The notes below the pieces were generated by a model, which was given only the letters and a program-made list of their open reading frames with translations, did not search any database and had not been told where the DNA came from. Shown here in pieces: positions 29,949 to 40,044 of a DNA stretch of 64,000 nt (positions are counted from its first letter, which is position 1; every line of letters begins with the position of its first letter). The position numbers were made by a program, and so were the translations under genes. Location of the stretch: sequence record SRR31156797_5909; one strand, written 5' to 3'.

Positions 29949-30746
29949 ATGAAAAACGATAAAATTAGTGTCATCGGTTGTGGTAACCTTGGTAAATCAA
30001 TTGCTAAAGGACTATTAAATCACAATGAATTTTTGTCGAACAATGTTATTGCAACCCGACGTAATTTATCATTTATAGAAGATCTAAAAGACGCTGGCGC
30101 TGATATAACCTCCGATAATTTGTATGCTGTTAGCAATTCAAATATCATATTAATTGCCGTTAAACCTTATAATGTATCCAAAATAATTAATGAAATAAAA
30201 CCTGTTCTTCAGGAAGGCAAGCACATTATTGTATCCTTAGCCACCGGATTGGGAACAGCAGAAATTTCTGATATGTTGGATAATAAATTTCCCATTTATA
30301 GAGCAATGCCGAATATTGCTGCAAATATTGGGGAATCGGTAACCTGCATATGCAGTAAAAATTCCAATCAGGAACAAACAGAGAAAGTCAAATTCATATT
30401 TGATGCCGTTGGAGAAAGTTTGATTATTAATGAAGAATTAATGGAAGCTGCAACTATTCTTGGTGCCTGTGGAATTGCATTTGTTTTTAGGTTTATTCGC
30501 GCCATGATTCAAGGTGGAATACAAATTGGTTTTGATGCCAATACTGCCAAGAAAATAGTATCTCAAACTGTAAAAGGCGCTGCACAAATGCTACAGGAAA
30601 ACAACGATCATCCCGAATCTGAAATTGATAAAGTTACAACACCAAAAGGTTGTACTATAGTTGGGCTAAATGAAATGGAACATCAGGGTTTTTCATCATC
30701 CTTAATTAAAGGAATCATCAATTCATTCGAAAAAATTGAAAAATAA
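29949..30746 (+). CDS. proC: Pyrroline-5-carboxylate reductase
   Basis: IGCGNLG, AVKP, RAMPN and VTTPKGCT motifs. Confidence 0.95.
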   Translation: MKNDKISVIGCGNLGKSIAKGLLNHNEFLSNNVIATRRNLSFIEDLKDAGADITSDNLYAVSNSNIILIAVKPYNVSKIINEIKPVLQEGKHIIVSLATGLGTAEISDMLDNKFPIYRAMPNIAANIGESVTCICSKNSNQEQTEKVKFIFDAVGESLIINEELMEAATILGACGIAFVFRFIRAMIQGGIQIGFDANTAKKIVSQTVKGAAQMLQENNDHPESEIDKVTTPKGCTIVGLNEMEHQGFSSSLIKGIINSFEKIEK

Positions 30747-30753
30747 TAGCCTC

Positions 30754-30785
30754 AAGCCATTCATGAAAAATTGAATGGCTTTTTT
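30754..30785 (+). terminator. Intrinsic terminator between convergent proC and protease genes
   Basis: AAGCCATTCA/TGAATGGCTT stem plus T-run. Confidence 0.75.
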
Positions 30786-32880
30786 ATTTAACCAACAATA
30801 ACTTTCTTTTCAATATTTCTCCATCTACATTCATCTTTAGGATATACACTCCTGCATTCAATCCATTGAGATTAAAATTTAAAAAATTACTATATTGAGA
30901 TATGGTTCCATTTTTCACCTGTGATCCTTTTGTAGAATAGATAGACCATGTGAAATTTTCAAATACAATTTTACTTAAATCAATCGTAAATTCCCCTTGT
31001 GAAGGATTAGGATAAACTTTCAATTGTTTATTATAAGAAGTTAATATTTCCTTATTTAAACCAACCTCTCCACATAAACTTTCAGCACTCAAGCTTATTG
31101 TATATTTGCCCGAATTCTCATAAGTATGAACAGGATTCTTTTCAATAGAAGTTCCACCATCACCAAAACTCCATGAGTATTTAGATGCGTCGGTGGTCAA
31201 ATTTACCATACTGACGGTTAACTGTTCCAATTGATAATCGAAATCCACAATAGGTAAACCTTGTACCACAATATTCTTGACAATACTATCCTTTACTTCT
31301 CCTTTACCTACAATCAGTTTTACTTGCTTTATCCCTTTTGAACTGTAATTTATTGTATGAGGACCGTTAATATTGGCATTTGCTGGTAAGGCACCTTCTC
31401 CAAAATCCCAAAAATAAGTATCTGGACTACCATTTGAAAAATCAGTTAATGTAATCGAAGATGTACTACAAATTGTATCTGCTGACATAGAAAAGTTAGC
31501 CAACAAACCACCATATGGATCAAAACCGTCCAAAGTTTCCACTCCCAAAGAAAGTGGATCAAGCCAGTATTTTAGTTGTTCATTGTTAGCTGAATAATTT
31601 TCCCAACTCGAAGAAAATTTGGCATAAAAATCATTCACAGAAGTTTCACAATTGGCATCTCCCCCTGTTAAATCACCAATAACCCTATGGTTTTCATCGA
31701 ACAATGGTGAACCTGAAGAACCTCCTTCAGTTGTACCTATTTCCCAGTCTAATATTTTCCAACTTGAATTATCATCAAATGTATAACGTCCATCGGAATA
31801 CGTAGATGTAACTGGTGAATCGTCATCAAAAGATATTTTTTTTGCATCGCCACTAGGATGATGAATACAATACGTGTAAGCTGGAATTCTCCCGGATCTA
31901 TCCCATCCAGCATAGTATGGATTATAAGCCGCGGGAGGTGAAACAGAGAGTTCTAAAAGAGAAAAATCTAATTTTGATGTTGTTGATCGCAATGTTGCTC
32001 CTGAAATAGATTGTGTGCGACTTGCATCATCGGCATTACAAGAAGAATTCTCATAATTAAAATAAAAAAGAGCACCATCTGCTATACTTTGTTCGTGCAT
32101 TACATGAAAAGCTGTCAATAGATATGGTTTTCCGTCCTGATTCGTATTGTTCATCAATACTCCTGAAGCTACATAACCAGATCCATTTTGAACATAACTA
32201 ATATGACAAACCGATTTTTTTTCTATTTGCCAATCGTCTCCCTCTGCACAATTAATATCTACATTACAAGATCCTGAAGCCTTCGCGGAAGTTTGTTCTC
32301 CTGCCAATAAATTAAAAATATTCTTATAATCGTGAAGAATCCCTGATATTTCAATTTCAGCTAAATAATCCACATTTTCAGGTTCTATATACTGTAAGGT
32401 AAGATGATCTCCTTTTAATGGAGCTATAGAAAATCGGCCAGATTTCTTATTGTTCTCATTTGTAAATGCTCCCAAAACTTTATCCGTGGAAGTATTGTAA
32501 ACAAAAACTTGTCCTCCTAAAGGGATATTAAATTTAGAAAATTCCAACCCTAAGCTATAAGCACCTTCCGAACTAACAGAAAACCTCCAAACTCTTCTAC
32601 CATCATCCAAATCATCCCACTTTCCATTTCTAGTAATACCATAAGTTACATCATACTTATAAGCATACCTAGCATGCTTTACACGGCTATTTTCTTCATA
32701 GGAATCGCTTGCCTCTGATTTCATTTCCAATTGGAAAGCTGGTAATGCAACACTCACAACCTGTGATTTTAAACCATTGGTACGAATTGGCTTACCTCCA
32801 TGCGAGATTTGAGCCTGAAGAGAAAAAGAGAGAATGATAAGACCAATAAACAGTCCGGATCTTAAAAAAATTATATTCAT
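30784..32880 (-). CDS. T9SS-secreted lysyl-endopeptidase-like serine protease (trypsin fold) with two PKD domains
   Basis: Propeptide; CNVDINC, TAFH, HHPSGD and EGGSSGSP motifs; WDFG/WSFGDG PKD motifs; VYPNPS..GVYIL..KLLLVK T9SS C-terminal domain. Confidence 0.88.
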   Translation of the reverse strand: MNIIFLRSGLFIGLIILSFSLQAQISHGGKPIRTNGLKSQVVSVALPAFQLEMKSEASDSYEENSRVKHARYAYKYDVTYGITRNGKWDDLDDGRRVWRFSVSSEGAYSLGLEFSKFNIPLGGQVFVYNTSTDKVLGAFTNENNKKSGRFSIAPLKGDHLTLQYIEPENVDYLAEIEISGILHDYKNIFNLLAGEQTSAKASGSCNVDINCAEGDDWQIEKKSVCHISYVQNGSGYVASGVLMNNTNQDGKPYLLTAFHVMHEQSIADGALFYFNYENSSCNADDASRTQSISGATLRSTTSKLDFSLLELSVSPPAAYNPYYAGWDRSGRIPAYTYCIHHPSGDAKKISFDDDSPVTSTYSDGRYTFDDNSSWKILDWEIGTTEGGSSGSPLFDENHRVIGDLTGGDANCETSVNDFYAKFSSSWENYSANNEQLKYWLDPLSLGVETLDGFDPYGGLLANFSMSADTICSTSSITLTDFSNGSPDTYFWDFGEGALPANANINGPHTINYSSKGIKQVKLIVGKGEVKDSIVKNIVVQGLPIVDFDYQLEQLTVSMVNLTTDASKYSWSFGDGGTSIEKNPVHTYENSGKYTISLSAESLCGEVGLNKEILTSYNKQLKVYPNPSQGEFTIDLSKIVFENFTWSIYSTKGSQVKNGTISQYSNFLNFNLNGLNAGVYILKMNVDGEILKRKLLLVK

Positions 32881-33098
32881 GAGTGATTTTTATGACGATA
32901 TTTTTCAAAAATAACAATAAAGCGCTTAATGACAATCCGAACAAGAAACTCTTTAACCTACTTTTATCATCAACTCAATTTTTATATATTTTTTGAAAAC
33001 TATACATATAGATAGGGTAAGTAAATAATATTACCTTTTTTAATCCTAAAAAATTTATCTAAATTTGAATATCATTTAAGTAAACCTAATTAATTCTA

Positions 33099-33482
33099 AT
33101 GAATCAAAAGTCTTTTAATTGGTCCGACAGAACCATACTTATAGCAGAAGACGTAGAATCTAATTTTCTTTTTCTAGAAGAAGTTATTGGACGTACTGGA
33201 GCAAATATTTTATGGGCAACTAATGGACAAAATGCCTTAGACATTTTCAATCAAAATAACATTGACTTGATTCTAATGGACATTCAAATGCCACTTATGA
33301 ATGGATTTGATGCCACCAGAGCAATTAAAAAGTTAAATCCGAAGATTCCTGTCATTTCGCAAACAGCGTATGCTATGGCTGAAGATAGAGCAAAAAGTAT
33401 TGCCGCCGGATGTGACGATTACATATCAAAACCTATTTCAAGCCAGAAATTACTCTCTTTAATTGACATTTATTTGCCATAA
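33099..33482 (+). CDS. Single-domain response regulator (receiver only)
   Basis: ILIAED, LMDIQMP, QTA and SKP motifs; TAAATTTG box at 33060-33067. Confidence 0.9.
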   Translation: MNQKSFNWSDRTILIAEDVESNFLFLEEVIGRTGANILWATNGQNALDIFNQNNIDLILMDIQMPLMNGFDATRAIKKLNPKIPVISQTAYAMAEDRAKSIAAGCDDYISKPISSQKLLSLIDIYLP

Positions 33483-33485
33483 AGG

Positions 33486-34670
33486 TCAAATAAAAGACAA
33501 GCTTACATCTTTTAAAAATTTCTCTTCTAGCAAGCTCACAATTTTCTTTACCACGGTTCTTCTAATTTCTAATTCAATTGGTAAACTTGGATCTTGATGA
33601 GCAAAATTAATTCTAGTTCCTGTAATAATTGAAATTTTATCACTTTGCAATAAATAGTGAACAATCTGATCAGCTGGTCCATCACCTAAGTCATAATCGA
33701 TTGTATATTCATCCAATATTTTAGCTACTTTTCCGATTGTAAGAATACCTTCCGTTACCAAATTTATCCCTTCCATATAGGATGCAGGTGGCAATTCAGG
33801 ATCGGTAATTTTCATACCAGCAGCAAATTTCAAATTCAATTCTCTAGCAAGAATTTCCGCAGTAGTACCTCCACTTATAATCTTTTTACCCTTAAAGTGA
33901 TAAACCCTCATGGCAAGTTCCGAATCCTTATCTTTTTCGAACGGAGGTCCAGTACAAATCAATAATTTTCTTGGTTCTCGATAATAGATAACACCAGCAC
34001 TAGTATCATCTTTTGGTTCATCTTTATCGTTACGTGAAGCTCTTTTTACCAATTGTAAGCCTAAGTTTCTTGCTGATATATAGGGAGTTGATTTAACAAT
34101 ATTCTTCACGTAGTCTAATGCATTATCATGTCCCCAACCAAAAGGCAATTCTCTACTTCCCATACCTGATTGCATAATTCCATCGGACCAAAACAACACA
34201 CGATCCTCTTTACGCGCTGAAAAAGAACAGGTACGTAGCTCTTTTCCCTGATTCTCTTCACTATCCAAAGTTATGGTTCTCCATCCTGGATCATAGATTT
34301 CAGATCCTCGCATCACCACACAACAAGGATTATCGAACTCAATAATACGAGTTGTACCATCAAATTCAATATCAATAATAGTAAATGTTGAATAACTAAC
34401 CTTACGCACGCTACACACAGGTAGAGTGTTCATGATTATCTCAGCAATGGTTTTTACATCCTTGTGTTCTGCCGTAAAATTCATTGCCATAGATGCTGTT
34501 AGGGTAGCTAAAACATTAGCTTTAACACCACTTCCCATACCGTCACTTAAAACGGCAATCGTTCGATTTTCTTCTTTTATTCTTTTCGAAAGAAAAACAT
34601 CACCACAAATCATTTCACCATGATGAAACAATTGCTGACAATCAATATCTATATGAAATTTTTCTTCCAT
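33486..34670 (-). CDS. SpoIIE/PP2C-type Ser/Thr phosphatase (HfsC-like), copy 2
   Basis: CGD, SDGMGSG, SDG and KDDT metal-binding motifs; C-terminal GGTTA..LVTEGILT domain. Confidence 0.88.
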   Translation of the reverse strand: MEEKFHIDIDCQQLFHHGEMICGDVFLSKRIKEENRTIAVLSDGMGSGVKANVLATLTASMAMNFTAEHKDVKTIAEIIMNTLPVCSVRKVSYSTFTIIDIEFDGTTRIIEFDNPCCVVMRGSEIYDPGWRTITLDSEENQGKELRTCSFSARKEDRVLFWSDGIMQSGMGSRELPFGWGHDNALDYVKNIVKSTPYISARNLGLQLVKRASRNDKDEPKDDTSAGVIYYREPRKLLICTGPPFEKDKDSELAMRVYHFKGKKIISGGTTAEILARELNLKFAAGMKITDPELPPASYMEGINLVTEGILTIGKVAKILDEYTIDYDLGDGPADQIVHYLLQSDKISIITGTRINFAHQDPSLPIELEIRRTVVKKIVSLLEEKFLKDVSLSFI

Positions 34671-36523
34671 TATTTATTTTTTTCGTCCTCTCCCGGAGTA
34701 TGAGATTTAATAATTGAATTCAGCAATTTTTCAGTCGTAGAAGCACTCTCTCCTAATAAAAATGCTATTTGCTGAACAGTCTGAAGATTTTCTTTAATTA
34801 CAGCTCTTGCTCTTCCAATCACCTCTTCCTTTCTAACCTCAGGAGCATATAAATCTCTAATAATACCACCAACAATCTTGTTCTTTTTAATGGTAAATAC
34901 AGAAACGTTAAACAATCTGTTTCCGAAATGAACATCTCTATTTAGGATATCTTCACCATTTAAGATAACAGTAGAAAATAATTTATGAAAGGTGATCATT
35001 TTAGTGAGATCCGCATCAACTAAACCTGGAATAATTTCATTTAACATTCTGGTTTCTTCACCAAGCAAGTCAACAAAACTCTTATTCGATTCTATAATCT
35101 TCAAATTCTCATCAACAATTACCACACCCGAAGGAAGTTTTTGCAACATTGCTGATACTGTTTCAGATGCCTCCTGAGCTGCTTTTCTCTCTTCATTCGC
35201 AATTCGCTCTGATTCTTTTAATGCAGACTCAGTTTTTGATAATTTTTCATTAGCTGTACCCAATTCTTTTATGAAAGTATTCATATTCTTTATGGTGAAA
35301 GATGAACACATTTCATAGTTGGCTAATCCCTGACATTTAGCTATGGCAAATTCCTTGCACGATTCATAACCACAAGATCCACATCCTAGTTGATCTTCTA
35401 CCTTTTCCTTTCCCATTTCAACAAGGACTTCTTGAACTTCTTCCTCGGTTGGAATAGGTAGCGATTGTCCTCTTGATATGAATCCCCTATTTAAATCTAA
35501 ATCTTTATACTCTTCAATTTCTCTTTGCCATTGTTCTTCATCGAAAGATTTCAATCTTTTTCGAACGTATCTAATCACTTGCGATCTTCTGGAAAATTTA
35601 CGTCCTCCAGGCGACGCTCCCGGTCCCATAATGCAACCTTCACAATAAAATAAATCCAAATGTTGATTTAGGTTGTGTTGAGTTTTAAACTCATTAATAG
35701 AACGCAAAAAGTTATTTCGACCTTCGGTACTAATAATTCCTCCATTAAGCATACTGATATCAATATCTGCAGCCTGAAACAAACCATGACTAATTGGGAA
35801 TAATCCACCCAAACGAGCAAATGGAGGGTCAAACTCAGAAAACTCAACCGAATTTTCAGATATTTTATACTCTTCAAACAATTTACGAAGCTCTACAAAA
35901 CTCAAAACTGCATGAATATCTCCATCTGAGCCATTAAAAGCTCTAATGTCATTTTTACTTGCTACACAAGGTGATAAGGAAACTATTTTTGCATTAACGC
36001 CATATTTCTTGCGTACCACTTTTGCCATTGCCACATTAGGAGGTACGATAGGTGCCAAATTTTCTACCAAATCAGGATGAAAATTCTCAACATGATTTAC
36101 CAAGGCTGGACATTTGGTTGAGATATAGTATTTTCCATGAAAGTTATCAAATAAGTTTTTATATTTATAGGCTACCAAATCTGCACCAAAAGCCGCTTCC
36201 ACAACAAAATCGAAGCCCAAAGCTCTAATCATTCCAACAAAATTCCTATAATCCAATATATCATCAAATTCTCCTGATATACTAGGATCACAGACCGCAA
36301 CCACTGGATCAATACCACTTAGAAATTGCTTTACCAAATCTTCAGATTTGCGATATTCAATAGCGGATTGAGCACAAACTGTAACACAATTACCACATCC
36401 AATACATCGGTTTTTTATAATGTTAGCATGGTCATTTTCAATTTTTATCGCTTTAGCAGGACATACGCGAATACAAGTATAACTAAGGTTACACTTATCC
36501 TTATTAGTTGCAATTAAAGGCAT
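34670..36523 (-). CDS. [FeFe]-hydrogenase-like sensor with ferredoxin, FeS, coiled-coil and PAS domains; divergent H-cluster motifs
   Basis: CxxSxxCxxxCP and CxxCxxCxxxC; STKCP, SPCVASKND and DLFYCEGCIMGPG; CGSCGYESC..C; PAS-like C-terminus. Confidence 0.85.
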   Translation of the reverse strand: MPLIATNKDKCNLSYTCIRVCPAKAIKIENDHANIIKNRCIGCGNCVTVCAQSAIEYRKSEDLVKQFLSGIDPVVAVCDPSISGEFDDILDYRNFVGMIRALGFDFVVEAAFGADLVAYKYKNLFDNFHGKYYISTKCPALVNHVENFHPDLVENLAPIVPPNVAMAKVVRKKYGVNAKIVSLSPCVASKNDIRAFNGSDGDIHAVLSFVELRKLFEEYKISENSVEFSEFDPPFARLGGLFPISHGLFQAADIDISMLNGGIISTEGRNNFLRSINEFKTQHNLNQHLDLFYCEGCIMGPGASPGGRKFSRRSQVIRYVRKRLKSFDEEQWQREIEEYKDLDLNRGFISRGQSLPIPTEEEVQEVLVEMGKEKVEDQLGCGSCGYESCKEFAIAKCQGLANYEMCSSFTIKNMNTFIKELGTANEKLSKTESALKESERIANEERKAAQEASETVSAMLQKLPSGVVIVDENLKIIESNKSFVDLLGEETRMLNEIIPGLVDADLTKMITFHKLFSTVILNGEDILNRDVHFGNRLFNVSVFTIKKNKIVGGIIRDLYAPEVRKEEVIGRARAVIKENLQTVQQIAFLLGESASTTEKLLNSIIKSHTPGEDEKNK

Positions 36524-36559
36524 AGAATGGGTTTTTAGGATTGGAAACGAAAACCAGAA

Positions 36560-36811
36560 TTAAACAAGACCGAACACCCCGCTTAATATTTCTATCACTC
36601 CATCATGATCAATTTCTTCATAGAGTTCTCCATCGATCTTTAGAATTGGTCCTTTAGCACAATTTCCTGTGCAAAGCTCTCCGTGAAAGAAAACCTTATC
36701 CTTCAAATTATTTTCCTCAAGAAATGTATTTATTGCTTTTAGGGTCTTACCGTTTCCTCGCGAGAAACAGGAACTTCCTAAACAGATCGTAATTTCAATT
36801 TTCTCAGCCAT
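36560..36811 (-). CDS. Thioredoxin-like [2Fe-2S] ferredoxin (NuoE-like, HfsA-like)
   Basis: ICLGSSCFSRG and LCTGNCAKGP motifs. Confidence 0.88.
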   Translation of the reverse strand: MAEKIEITICLGSSCFSRGNGKTLKAINTFLEENNLKDKVFFHGELCTGNCAKGPILKIDGELYEEIDHDGVIEILSGVFGLV

Positions 36812-36928
36812 TTAGTTTCGTGTATTGTTTGAGTAATCAATCCACAACACTCATTTTTAATTCTGAACTTGATCAATTCTAATTTGATCTAAATCGTCAT
36901 TTTTTAATGAAATATTGCAGTGTACACG

Positions 36929-38113
36929 TTAAATATAACTAAGATCTACTTCTTTTAAAAACTTTTCCTCAAGGAGTGCAACTATATTCTTTACAACTGT
37001 CCGTCTAATTTCCAATTCAACAGGCAACTTAGGATCTTGGTGCGCAACATTTATCTTGGTTCCATTGATGATAAAAATTTTATCACTTTCCAATAGCAAT
37101 TTTACAATCCTATCGGCGGGACCATTTCTAAGGCTTGTATTTTGATTGTAATTCTTCAAAATTCTGTAGACTTTTCCTAAAGTCAAAATTCCTTCCGTTA
37201 CCAAATCGATACCATCGATATAAGAAACCGGTGGTAATTCACTATCAGAAATATCTAAATCAACCTTAATTGGCTTTTGTAGTTCTCTTGATATGATTCC
37301 TGCGGTTGTACCTCCACATACAATTTTACAGCCTTCAAATTCACTCAATTGCTTTACTAACTTCGCATCTTTTGATTTCTCGTAAGGAGGTCCTGTACTT
37401 ATCATTAAGTTTCTTGGTTCACGATAATATAATACAGCACACGAAGTATCATCTTTAGGCTGATTTCCATAGTTTGCACATGCACGTTCAACAACACCAT
37501 TGCCTAAATGACGTGCAGAAATAAAAGGCTGTTTACGAATTAAAGAGCTTACAAATTGATGAACATTATCCATTCCCCATCCAAAAGGCAACCTATGACT
37601 TCCCATTCCTGAGTTGGTAACTCCATCAGAACAGAATACAATTCGATCCTCTTTTTGTGCTTTAAATCTATAAGAGAATAATATTTTCCCTTTGTTGGCT
37701 TCTCCTTCCAAATGCAATTCTTCACATTCAGGTTTAAACGATTCCAATCCGCGCAAAATCAAACAATCAGGATTGTCGTAGCAGATAATTCGAGTCTCAC
37801 CATCGCATTCGATCTCTACAATCGTAAAAGTTGAATAACTGGCTTTACGTTTGCTACATACAGGCAAAGTTTTCATAATTACCTCAGCAGCTTTTCGAAT
37901 ATCCTTATTCACTTTCATGTAATTCAGAATCATCGATGCAGTTAAGGTTCCCAATACATTTGCCTTAACTCCACTTCCCAAGCCATCGGAAAGCACAAGT
38001 ATTGTTCTCCCCTCATCTTTAAGCTTTCGAGACATAAAAACATCACCACAAATCGACTGACCATGTTGATTTCTTTGCTGACACTCTACCTCTATGTAAA
38101 AATCTTCCTGCAT
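36929..38113 (-). CDS. SpoIIE/PP2C-type Ser/Thr phosphatase (HfsC-like), copy 1
   Basis: CGD, SDGLGSG, SDG and KDDT motifs; full-length paralog of 33486-34670 (both 394 aa). Confidence 0.88.
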   Translation of the reverse strand: MQEDFYIEVECQQRNQHGQSICGDVFMSRKLKDEGRTILVLSDGLGSGVKANVLGTLTASMILNYMKVNKDIRKAAEVIMKTLPVCSKRKASYSTFTIVEIECDGETRIICYDNPDCLILRGLESFKPECEELHLEGEANKGKILFSYRFKAQKEDRIVFCSDGVTNSGMGSHRLPFGWGMDNVHQFVSSLIRKQPFISARHLGNGVVERACANYGNQPKDDTSCAVLYYREPRNLMISTGPPYEKSKDAKLVKQLSEFEGCKIVCGGTTAGIISRELQKPIKVDLDISDSELPPVSYIDGIDLVTEGILTLGKVYRILKNYNQNTSLRNGPADRIVKLLLESDKIFIINGTKINVAHQDPKLPVELEIRRTVVKNIVALLEEKFLKEVDLSYI

Positions 38114-38151
38114 TTGCTTTTACTCTATATCTGATATCTAAGAATCAACAA

Positions 38152-39861
38152 TTATTCGGCTGGAGTATAAAATTCAACTATCGAATTCAACATTTCTTCC
38201 GTTTCCGAAGCATTTTCACCTAACAAATACGCTATTTTCTGAACAGTTTCCAGATTTTTTCGATTAACAGTTCTTGCTCTGGTAACAACCTCTTCGCGCT
38301 GAATATACGGTTGAGACATGTCTCGCACAATGGCACCAACTATTTTATGCTTATGGATTGTGAAAATGCTAATGTGAAGCATCTTATTCCCATGTTTTAT
38401 ATCTCTCTCTAAATTATCTACACCAGTACTTAAAGCCGATGAAAATAGTTTATGAAATGGTAAAATCTTTTTTAAATCAGCATCAACCAATCCTGGAATA
38501 GTTTCGTAAACCTCCTCGACTTCTTCACCCAGAATTCCTGCAAAACTTTTATTGGCTTCAATTATTTTCAATTCATCATTTACAATAACAACTCCTGAAG
38601 GTATCTTTCTCAGAAGAGCCGATGATTTGTCATGGGCTATTTTTCGCATGTAGGATACACACATATTAGGCTCCGATCTGTCCTCAAGATATGCCTCAGC
38701 AAATTCACGACATGAGTTATATCCACAACCACCACAATTGATTTCATCCTTTTCAGAGTATTTACCAATCATGGTCAAAGCTTCTTTAATGCTGTTCTCA
38801 GAATGCTCATATTTCGGGATTGGTAATATGGAATCAAAATTACGTTCTATAGAAAATTCCGTATTCAATACGCAGGTTCTCTCATCATCAATCTTATTGA
38901 TGACCTCTAACCGTTTTATTGCAGTAGAGTAAGTTTTTTGCGTTCCTGGACCGTTCACACATCCTCCATCACAAGCAAGTAACTCCAAAAATAATTTATT
39001 GGTTTTACGATACTTATTCAAATCACTAAGTACTGCCTGAATGTTATTAATTCCTGAAAAAGTCATGTAAACTGCATCAGTAGCCGTAGCATTCTTTTTC
39101 ATTCCCATAATCATACCACCATCAATTGGATATAAAATACCCTTGCCTGCCTTACCTGGAATGAATTGATCCACTTGTTTGTCTTCAGGAAATAAATATG
39201 GATCTAAATTTTCTTCCTCTAGCCAATTCTTTAAATCGGTAAAAGTTAAAGCCGCATCAACTAAATCAGGAAATTCGTCGCTTTCTGATTTTTTTGCGAT
39301 GCAAGGTCCAATAAATACAACTTTCGAGTTGATATACTCCTCTTTCAGATATTTTGCATGTGTTAATAAAGGTGATAATATTGGAGTAATATTACTTTTG
39401 AAATCAGGATAATGTTTACATATCATTTCTACAACCGAAGGACAGGCAGATGAAATATAAACTCCTTTTTCGTTTGATTCAACATATTTGGTAACTCTGC
39501 GAGAAACCTCCTGTGCTCCCAAGGCTGTTTCCGAAATGGCAAAAAATCCCAACTCTTTAAGTGTAGCTATCATTTGTTCATCCGAAAGATTTGGAAACTC
39601 CGTTACAAATGATGGTGCCAATGAAACAATTATCTTCTCGCTCCTATTGATCATCTTCTTGACCTTCTTCAGATCGTCACGAATTTTTTTAGCACCAACC
39701 GGACAAATTTGAGTACAGGTTCCACAATAAATACAATCCTTATGAAGAATCTGAGCCGAATTATTAACCACCTTGATGGCTTTTAAGGTACACTCACGAA
39801 TACACTTGTAACAATCCTGACAATCGTTCTGCTCTGTATAAACCGGTTTTAATATGTCCAT
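38152..39861 (-). CDS. Group C sensory [FeFe]-hydrogenase with PAS domain (HydS/HfsB-like)
   Basis: Two [4Fe-4S] motifs; SSACP, GPCIAKKSE and ELLACDGGCVNGPG; CGGCGYNSC..C; PAS domain; probable start MDILKP at 39861. Confidence 0.9.
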   Translation of the reverse strand: MDILKPVYTEQNDCQDCYKCIRECTLKAIKVVNNSAQILHKDCIYCGTCTQICPVGAKKIRDDLKKVKKMINRSEKIIVSLAPSFVTEFPNLSDEQMIATLKELGFFAISETALGAQEVSRRVTKYVESNEKGVYISSACPSVVEMICKHYPDFKSNITPILSPLLTHAKYLKEEYINSKVVFIGPCIAKKSESDEFPDLVDAALTFTDLKNWLEEENLDPYLFPEDKQVDQFIPGKAGKGILYPIDGGMIMGMKKNATATDAVYMTFSGINNIQAVLSDLNKYRKTNKLFLELLACDGGCVNGPGTQKTYSTAIKRLEVINKIDDERTCVLNTEFSIERNFDSILPIPKYEHSENSIKEALTMIGKYSEKDEINCGGCGYNSCREFAEAYLEDRSEPNMCVSYMRKIAHDKSSALLRKIPSGVVIVNDELKIIEANKSFAGILGEEVEEVYETIPGLVDADLKKILPFHKLFSSALSTGVDNLERDIKHGNKMLHISIFTIHKHKIVGAIVRDMSQPYIQREEVVTRARTVNRKNLETVQKIAYLLGENASETEEMLNSIVEFYTPAE

Positions 39862-40044
39862 ATGAATTGATTTCTTTCTTTTCTCATTAATCTGTAATAT
39901 AAACAACTACCCTTGCGTTATTAGCCTTGTGGCTCTACAGAATAATGCAAATTTCAGAATTTATGATTTCATTGGGTGATAAGGAATGCTGTTTGGGAAC
40001 ACATCTTATTTATTCATAATTCTTTTAAATAAGCATGATACAGC

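Noticed and set aside
34670-39861. Catalytic H2-evolving hydrogenases
   Set aside because: Both lack the TSCCP/MPC/ExMAC group A signatures and carry PAS domains.
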